64,000 bases of DNA. Source: Auanema rhodensis (lineage: Eukaryota > Animalia > Nematoda). The position numbers and the translations under genes are program-made. Every line of letters starts with the position of its first letter. Position 1 is the stretch's first letter. The stretch is from assembly GCA_964057225.1 (NCBI GenBank), contig OZ059898.1, positions 14,260,001 through 14,324,000 of the forward strand, given 5' to 3'. This document shows, piece by piece, positions 55,801 through 64,000 of the stretch. Under the pieces are notes generated by a model. It ran no database searches. It was not told the DNA's origin and saw nothing but the letters and a program-made list of their open reading frames with translations.

Positions 55801-58578
55801 CACTCCTAAGAGATTATAGAAAGGATGCGTATAGAAATCAAGTATTTTCCCTCTGTGTAAAATTATATATTTTTAAATTAAATATTAGGTCTGTACTTAT
55901 GTGCAAGAAATGTCATCCAACGGAGCTAATGGTAATGAAGGAATTGCTCAGTCAATTGTTGAAAGACTCACACGGTTTGTTCGCGTCTTTTACGTTCTTT
56001 TAATTTTTGAAATTATTAGGTATCTTCACATCTATGAGATTGTTAGCAAGTTTGCCATAGCTTATAAAGCCCACTATAGCAAGTATTGTAGTGTAAGTGT
56101 TGATTCGTATTTCAGCTCTTAATTTTGAATTTTGAAGGTTGTTGCATATACATACCATAAACTTATTTTGTCGTATGGTGAAAAACGTGATCAGCTTCTT
56201 ATCGTAACGTTTAAGCCTACTCCTCCACAGGAAGGTTTTAAACTAACTTTCGGACAGGTATTTGACCGTTTGATTTACCATATTTAAATTTTGGAAGCTT
56301 TTTTAGACATTATCACGAGAAGCTCCTGATTATATGGATATATGCTGGGATGACGAAATTCATTGGAATGCACATTGTCTATTATCACCTATTTTGAACA
56401 CCAAGTATATCAAATACATTTTAGAATACTTAATATTTTGTATTCTTCAGATTCAATAAGGATAAGAACTTAGTCGAGCTTGTCAATTATTTAATATCAA
56501 CCACAACACCTCTTCAAGCTTTGTCAAACTTTAGTCGAGTGCGATTCCAATCGTGCAAAGTTATAGCACAGCTGATGAATATTGATATTCCTCACCCAGT
56601 CAAGTTAAAGGTAGTTTTAAAGTAATAAATAATTCACTGTTTCTTTTCTTTTTTAGTGTCATCTCTCGTATATTAATGAGCACACTGTTCGATTAACGTA
56701 TGGTTCTATTCATTTGGAATTCGCGTTCTTACAAGAGAAGCAGGTCGCAGTTCGTGATAGTTCACGATTACGACCTAGAGCTGCTGGATTACTTCAGTTC
56801 TTCAAACTTATTGCTGAGTAAGAGCAAGAAATATGTCCATTTTGTTTATATTCTCATTTCTAGCCAAAAGGGAGTTCAAGTGTGTGATGAAGATGGAGAA
56901 AAGCCAGGAAATATGGAATCTCCAACACCCAGAGCTGAATCGTTGCCTCAACATGTAAGTTTATTTTGCTTTCTTCACGAAATTTCTTCTTTTTTTAAGT
57001 TCGATACTTCTCCTGCAGGATATAATAGCAATTTATTATCTTTGCCTGCCCATTTCGATGGAGGCTCTCCATCTACTACAGGTACCATTATTACTCTCGA
57101 TTTTTCAATTTCATAAATACTTCTTTCCCTTCAGGTTCTCCTAGTCGTGCTGCCCTACGTATTATCTCTTCTCCTATCATAATATCTCATTCTACCCTCG
57201 TGAAAGCTTGCCAATTCAACGAAGGTATAAAACGTTTCTTGATATTGTAAAACCTTTTTTAAACCTACCATCTTTTTTAGTAGAAGGTGGTCGCGTGCGT
57301 TCATTGCTGGATGATTATCTTTCTCAGCTTAATTATTTGGAGAGATTAATATCTGTATTTGAAGTTTGCAAAAGGTAAAATCATTATATTCTTTTGTGTT
57401 TTACTTTTTTTTAATTTTCAGCGGTTCTAGCCAGGTTATTCCACTTGGAACTATAAAGGAACTGGTGCATGATCTCGATTTTGTACGAGTTACAGTTGTG
57501 GGAGTACAACATCCCGGGTTTAATGGCAATGTTTCAACGTTGATAAATTTCCATTTTTATATTGATCCTGCTACTATGACATTGCAATTGAAAATTCAAT
57601 ATTGTAAGTAAAAACACTTATAGCCTTTTCTATTATTTTTCTTCGTTTCAGCTGATTTTGGCCCAAGTGCTAATGAGTTGTCTATGTTAGAACGATATTT
57701 TACTAAGGTTTGAAACTTTTTTTTTACGGATGAAATTTTATTGTGTTTGATTAAAGGTAGTATTACTACTCAATAATGAATTTGCCACTCTATCATTTAT
57801 TCAATTATGCCGGATGACTAATCATGGCGCAATTAATTCAATTGCCCGAGTGATGAATCTTCAAATGGTATTCATATTCCTTCTCATTCATCATCTAACT
57901 ATCGAACTTCTTTAGGAAAGCACACATTTTAACCTCCAATTGGTGTATTTAGCTCGAGAGCCTAATACTACGTCCAGGAAATTCTGTTGCGGTGTTATTA
58001 TTGATTCAACTACTTCATACATTTTAATATTGGTTCATTATTAATTTGTTTTAATTATTATTTTTTTTTTTTCAGGTAAGTTTCCGTTATCAGAAGAGCC
58101 GAATGCCCGATCGACATATTCTAAAACTGCTTTATTGCTCGAAATCGTAAGATTCCATTTTAGGATATTTAACTTACTCAAATAAATATAGAAATACTGT
58201 AAAGCAACAAGGAACCGAAGACGACTATATTAGTTCAATGTTGGTAGCAGCTAATAACGAAGCTCATAGAAATGGCGAATGTCCGATATTCGCTGCAATC
58301 AACCAATTACATGACAGGTAAGTCATGATAACCATTTGAAACTAATCATGTGTGCTCTAGAGTTGTTTCTGGACTTCCTCTCGGAAGCAGTCAGACCCCG
58401 CGCCCTCCATCTGTTGGCGGATATATGCCTAGCTCAGTTGGCTCAATGAATATCGGTTCTGCCGGAGGCCCAGTTTCGGTTTGTTTCTAATCTCAAACTG
58501 ATGTTATTTCATTTGTTATAGGCCGGAGGAAACAATCCTGGTTCGATAATGAATCCTGGCTCTAATTCGGGTATGTAA
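52810..58578 (+). CDS. rgr-1: Mediator subunit 14 (RGR-1)
   Basis: [121 protein letters not shown]. Very many short introns and a PGS-rich tail. Confidence 0.93.
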
Positions 58579-59327
58579 ATACAAATGTGATGCGCAACAG
58601 CATTACGCATCATTTTGCACTTGTTACTTTATACCATCGTTTATTTATAATATGAGTAAACATATATGCTAAACGTGTTTCAATATATTTCATAAAATGT
58701 TTCAAACATTTTAATATATCAGCTTTTGTTGTTTTGTTTTTTGTTATTTTTGTATATATAATTTGGCGCGTAATTTCGTCTTCAACGCACGAAGTGATTT
58801 CGTGTGCTAACTTCGCGTTGATCGGTCTCTTGTGTATAATATTCTGATATTTTTTTGTGTTTATATCGGTCACGGTAGATAAGAGAGTCATGGTATATAC
58901 CTTGCTCTGATTCATTTCCAGCTATGGTCTAGCTATATGAGTATTGATTGGGCCTTCGCGCCTCACAAGCTAATAACTTGGATGTGGTTTTCTTATTGCT
59001 TTCTTAGTTTTATTAATGCTTCTTGATGAAAAACTTTATTTTTATTTTCTCTCGTTTTTAATTTTTTTTCTGTTTTTTTTTCTTGTGGTATCTTTTTGTT
59101 TTATCCTAGTTTGGCTTTCGAAAACACGTTTCATCTTTTCGCTGTTCTCGTTTCCACGTTGTCGATTATCCGACATGTTTCTTCATTCTACACTCATCAT
59201 ACGTTGTTATCTCTGTTATCTATACCAGGAACATCTTTATGCTCGTTATTTTACTACTTACTATTTTGACTCTCTTAATATAGACAAAAATTCAGTTTTT
59301 TCAACTTTTCAGTACGACTTAGGCAAA

Positions 59328-60198
59328 ATGGGAGCAGCAGCCTCGGGTGTGTCTACCCAAATGCAAGCCGAGCATGATCCCAATGCTAATTTTCCTTGGT
59401 ATTTTTTAATTAATTTTGTTTTGTTTTACAATGTTTTTCTATTCTTATGTTTTTGAAGGTGGGTACGCTTCTTAGCTAAGGCCATGGGTATTATCGGTGG
59501 ATTGCTTTCTATCTTCTTTGGTGTATTAGGACTCCTTTCAATCACCCCAACATGTATCATAGCAGTGCTATTACAAATGTATACATATTTATTACAAATG
59601 TTAGCAAGCTTATTTTTAATTATTTTAGGGTGTTTGGATTTCTAACAATAGCTCTCGAAGCTCCATTTTGTTGTGCTTTTATTGATTTCATTGAGAAAAT
59701 TTCTGCGTTCAGTGAATCTCGCTCATATTGGCACAAAGCCGGATTGTATGGAGTGTAAGTGTAGCATTTTTAAAAACGAAGCATAATTTATAAAAAAATT
59801 TGATTATCAAAAGGAAACGAAATAGCTATATGTGCTTTTTGAAGTGGTAAAAAAGATTTTATTACTAATTCATTTTGGTTTTGCATTTGACATCAATATA
59901 TCTTTCTATTGGAATACTCAAATTTTTATTAAATTTATCATGTAAATAAAATTAAATGCGATTTCAGAATGGGAATTCTGCCTATTTTAATGTGCTTTGA
60001 ACTTAACACTGTTCTGGGATCTGGATCAATTTTTGCATGCGGAACAATTTATGGTTTCATGGCTCTCGGAAAGAAGGTATATTAATGCTGTTTTAAATTT
60101 TATGAATATTTTGTGATTAGGCTGATCGTAACACTATGATGGCTTCTGCTGGTGCTGACCCAGCTTGGAACCCTAACCCAACTCCTTCAATGTCTTAA
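59328..60198 (+). CDS. flwr-1: Calcium channel Flower homologue (CACFD1)
   Basis: [71 protein letters not shown] acceptor ends at 59312. Confidence 0.92.
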
Positions 60199-60627
60199 AT
60201 AGTTTCGTTCGTTAAATATTCTTTCCCAGTTCGCATGCTTTTATACTTGTTTCATTTCTTTCTGAAATATTCCTTAGATTCACTCGTGCTGTTGTGTTGA
60301 CAGGTTGTAATAGTTGATATTTTTGCAGTAGTTTTGCCATAATATCACTTTTTTTTACCTTTTAATCTTTAATATTCCAATAATTTATTACTGTTCATCC
60401 ATCATATTATCACATTATGGAAGATTTTATGATAAAGCTAATTACTTAAGAACTATAAGAAAGCGATTTTCGATAAAACCTAGGGTTCAAATATGTAAAA
60501 CTTGTCTTAATAGCAGCAAGGCAATATGGGCGATCATGGCAACATATGTAATTATAATGGTAATCGTAAATTAATATGCAAAGTATAAAATAAAATTATT
60601 AATCATATTTGGAGGTATGTAAAACCT

Positions 60628-61750
60628 TCATATAGACCGACTTGTTCTAATTTCTTTGAACAATAAGCAAAATCGAGAAAACGGACTTCCGATCTGAAAG
60701 AAGCATATATATATATATATATTGAATGCCTTGAGGAGAAACAAACTTTAACAAGCTCTGATACGTCTAAAGCCCATAATTCCACTCCGGCAGATTGAAG
60801 AGAAACAAATTTCTAAACATTTGTTTAAAAAAAAGACATTCACCAAACTACCGGCTCATTTTTATCTTTCCGGAAAATAATACGCCCATTGACGAATAAA
60901 CAGTTAATACTGTCTTCTTCTTCAACTTTGATCACTTGATACTGGAAAGTGGCCTCTTGTTCCATTCGCTGAATTTTCTGTATACACCGCCTGTTATCAT
61001 GAGAGCTTGTACCTTAAGTATTTGTTGAGCTTCTTTCCCAACTCCAATCGATAATATATTATTTGAAGCTAAGGACACATAACTTTTTAAAGGTCCTGCC
61101 TTATCACCTAATTGAATAGGAATTACAGAAAGATCGCAGAAAATTTTGCCCAAAACCTATATGATCGTATCATTAAAACATTAACATGATAGATTGTTAT
61201 CATTACCAAAGCTCCTTCCATATTTGTACCGTTTTTCCGTACTCCAACAAATATCTCTTTACCAGTAAATAATACATCAGACCCTTCTACATATACTTTT
61301 TTTCCGTTCAACTGTTCAGGGCAATCGTGAACTGTCCAGCAGATTTGAGATAAGATCGTTTTAATCTGAATGAAAATTTTCGAATCTTGCTTTCACTGTC
61401 CTCATTTTCTTGTAGTTTACTTCTTGTTAGTTTTACTCTTACCTCGTTGCTCATGCTCGTTTCCTTTCTGGGATGACATAATAGAGCTGTTCCGTTTATA
61501 ACTACCGCCAAATCGTCCACAAAGAAGTTATTTGGAGTCAAGCCATCGGGGCAATCAATGTTTATAACATGGACACCTTCAAATTATACTAATACATTAT
61601 CGTTTATTTATTTGCAATATTACCTGATTCTCGTAGGGTTTCCGCCAAACCGTCTTGTTGTTTCCGGAGAATTGCGGCATCCGCTTTCAACTTTTTATCT
61701 AGTTTGATACTATCTGGTATTTTAATTATAAGGGCATGAGTATATGTCAT
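60628..61750 (-). CDS. Dimethylarginine dimethylaminohydrolase (DDAH)-fold protein, catalytically divergent
   Basis: MTYTHALI..IPDS, FFVDDLAVVINGTALLCHP, VEGSDVLFTGKEIFVG..TNMEGA, LKSYVSLA, NCLFVNG, VSELVKIG. Confidence 0.88.
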
Positions 61751-61988
61751 TACTAGTTATTATTTACTGTTGGATTACCAGGTAGTCATCAACAACAACC
61801 TTGGCAAGAGGCCAAGCAAGCCTATTGGTCTCGCAACGATACCCCTGAAAATAATATCTGGTGACAGTTGCTACGGCATACATTCCTTCATCTGTTGCTG
61901 CAGAGACACAGCTTGACCTTTCTCTCTTCGATTCATTCTATAAGCAAGCTTCTTCTTATTTGTAGCATATTTTTTTCAGGGTAGCAAG

Positions 61989-62895
61989 ATGAATGTTTTC
62001 CGTCTTGCTGCTGATATGTCCCATCTGGTGGCAATATTAATATTGCTCAGTAAGGTAAAAATATTCTATCTTACAAATTTCAATCGCTATACACAACTCA
62101 GATGTGGAAAAGTCGTTCGGTTTCTGGTATCTCAGCCAGATCTCAAATTCTTTTTGCTGTAGTCTTCACAGCTAGATATTTGGATTTATTCACCACCTAT
62201 ATTTCCGCTTACAACACTGTCATGAAGGTTAGGCTTTTAGATGGCTACTGTAACAATACTTCTTTTTAGGTTTTCTTCCTTGCTTCTTCTTATGGAACTC
62301 TTTATTTGATGTTGGTTAAATTTAGAGGTAATTTATAATATCACTTCATGGTTCCGCAATATTCATGTGGCTGCAGAGACATCGTAATTCCGTTTATCTC
62401 TTTTCAGGATCATACGAAAAGGAAAGTGACAATTTCCGTGTCGAATTATTGCTTGTTCCATGTGCTATCTTAGCATTGGTTATTAACCATGAATTCACAG
62501 TTATGGAGATTCTATGGACTTTCAGGTCAGTTAAGATGTTGATTTTTTGATTATATTTTTTTTGTAATATTATAGTATTTACTTGGAAGCCGTAGCTATA
62601 ATGCCTCAATTATTCATGCTTCAATCTACTGGATCTGCTGAAACTATCACAGCTCATTACTTGTTTGCTCTGGGATCATACCGTGGGCTTTATCTTTTCA
62701 ACTGGATTTACAGGTTGAACTTTACAACATTTAAGTAAAATTAACTATTTCCTTTAAAGATACCACACTGAATCTTTCTTCGACCCAATCGCTACTGTCG
62801 CCGGAATCGTTCAGACTATCCTATACGCTGATTTCTTCTATCTGTATGTCACCCGTGTCGTCCAAAAAAGAGCTGCAATGGAGCTCCCAATCTAA
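61989..62895 (+). CDS. erd-2: KDEL/HDEL ER lumen protein-retaining receptor
   Basis: [91 protein letters not shown]. Confidence 0.97.
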
Positions 62896-63599
62896 TTTAA
62901 TCCAGAAAACCTTTGTTTTATACAACACAGTCTTCATTTAAGGTACGTACATGGTTTGATCTTTGCCTTATTCATATAATATCCAATAAGCTTGGGTGTT
63001 TCCGCCCTACTTATTTTGTTTTTATCTGTGATGTCGATTTTAGACATATTAATATATGAAGTCCAAATAGCTTACTCAAGCTGTTGTTTAATAATTTATT
63101 ATTAATTACATCCTAAGTCTTGTTTTGATATCTTTTATATGGGTGGTTTTTTTTGTTCTCATCAATTATAAATAATAAACTTTTTGCATTCAGATATTTC
63201 AACTTCATATGAAACTAAATTAGATTTTTCCGATAAATCAGTTGATAGCTGGGAAATATATTCGATTGCTCGATTGGTTTTATGGTTTGGACAATGTAAA
63301 TAGAAAAGAAGCTTAGCTACTGTGATGGAGGTTAAGGCTGACATTGAAAGAAATGACAGTTCGTCCAAACAGTTCGCTTTTTCATTCGTTTCACCAAAGA
63401 ACTTCAATTTTCATCTTCCTATATTGATTTATTCCGTGCAAAATTCTGTAAAAATGCATTTTTTGCCTTATATGTCCTATATTTTTTTTTGAAAAATATG
63501 GGTTTTTAGATGTTTTTGCTTTATTAGCATTGCATATATACATATGAAGAGAGAGAGGTCAGCTCACTATCACCGCTCTCTGCTGGATAAGAGGTCATT

Positions 63600-63657
63600 T
63601 CATTACAAATGACAGAGCATTTAGAGTTCGAACTAACAGCTGCTCTGTCTTTGATGA
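63600..63657 (-). ncRNA. Candidate pre-miRNA hairpin; 3' arm UAAAUGCUCUGUCAUUUGUAAU
   Basis: 58-nt fold-back with a perfect 9-bp core (GACAGAGCA/TGCTCTGTC) and flanking helices. The 3' arm starts UAAAUGC, as in miR-232/miR-357/miR-277. The basal stem is weak. Confidence 0.3.
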
Positions 63658-64000
63658 TCATTTAGAAAAAGAATCGAAGAAAGAAATTTTTTTTTACTAA
63701 ACTTCAGGGTCATACGCAGCAGACATAGTTCCATTCATTGAAGAGTGATACCAAAGTTGTTTTATTTTTAAACAAAACAAAATGAGTTAACTATTCGATT
63801 TATTAATCTTTTTTTATTAAAAAAAACATTCTTTATAAGAGATAGGTCATCAGCCATTTATTTGCTGTCACCGAAATTATAATACATTGCAAATCTTTTA
63901 AAGCATATAATTGTATAGAAACGAACTTTGAGATTTTAAAATCCATGGCTGAGCAGATAAGCCATCTTGGTTTCAAATGTTAAAGCTTGGCATAATCTTT

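Noticed and set aside
61868-61882. X-box-like GTTGCTACGGCATAC between the DDAH-like gene and erd-2
   Set aside because: Mismatches the DAF-19 consensus in the spacer and 3' half, and neither gene is ciliary.
63162-63407. Minus-strand 81-aa ORF near the right end
   Set aside because: Non-ATG start, no recognisable domain and no in-frame upstream exon found. A partial gene cannot be fully excluded.
63626-63633. GTTCGAAC as a tRNA T-loop
   Set aside because: No cloverleaf or A-box; it is the loop of the hairpin reported above.

Overview
Eukaryotic, AT-rich, intron-dense DNA. The many 45-60 nt GT-AG introns, TTTCAG acceptors and recognisable orthologues point to a nematode, probably a clade V rhabditid. 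The ORF track mostly shows exon fragments or noise, so I rebuilt the genes by splicing them by hand. I support 17 protein-coding genes: a GPI-anchored Cys-repeat protein, an IVNS1ABP-like BTB-Kelch protein, bre-5, a UGT, a vWA + alpha-kinase, an ShKT protein, a CUB-like surface protein, SF3B6, nhx-5, bet-1, ruvb-2, mrpl-51, ints-6, MED14/rgr-1, Flower, a DDAH-like protein and erd-2. The strongest finding is in bet-1. The C-terminal half of bromodomain 1 is encoded by two tandem 120-nt exons only 20 nt apart, which should make them mutually exclusive. One carries a BD1-type BC loop (FNQSEDDV) and the other a BD2-type loop (YNPPHYGV). The intron upstream of them holds a long nested stem-loop, and the gene also has a long/short C-terminal switch. 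Other leads are a vWA-alpha-kinase in a GATA-rich, gut-defence-like neighbourhood, a DDAH lacking its catalytic His and Cys, a hairpin carrying a miR-232/277-type seed, and a CACGTG E-box cluster. I saw no rRNA, tRNA, CRISPR array or transposase. Homology calls come from remembered family motifs, not database searches.
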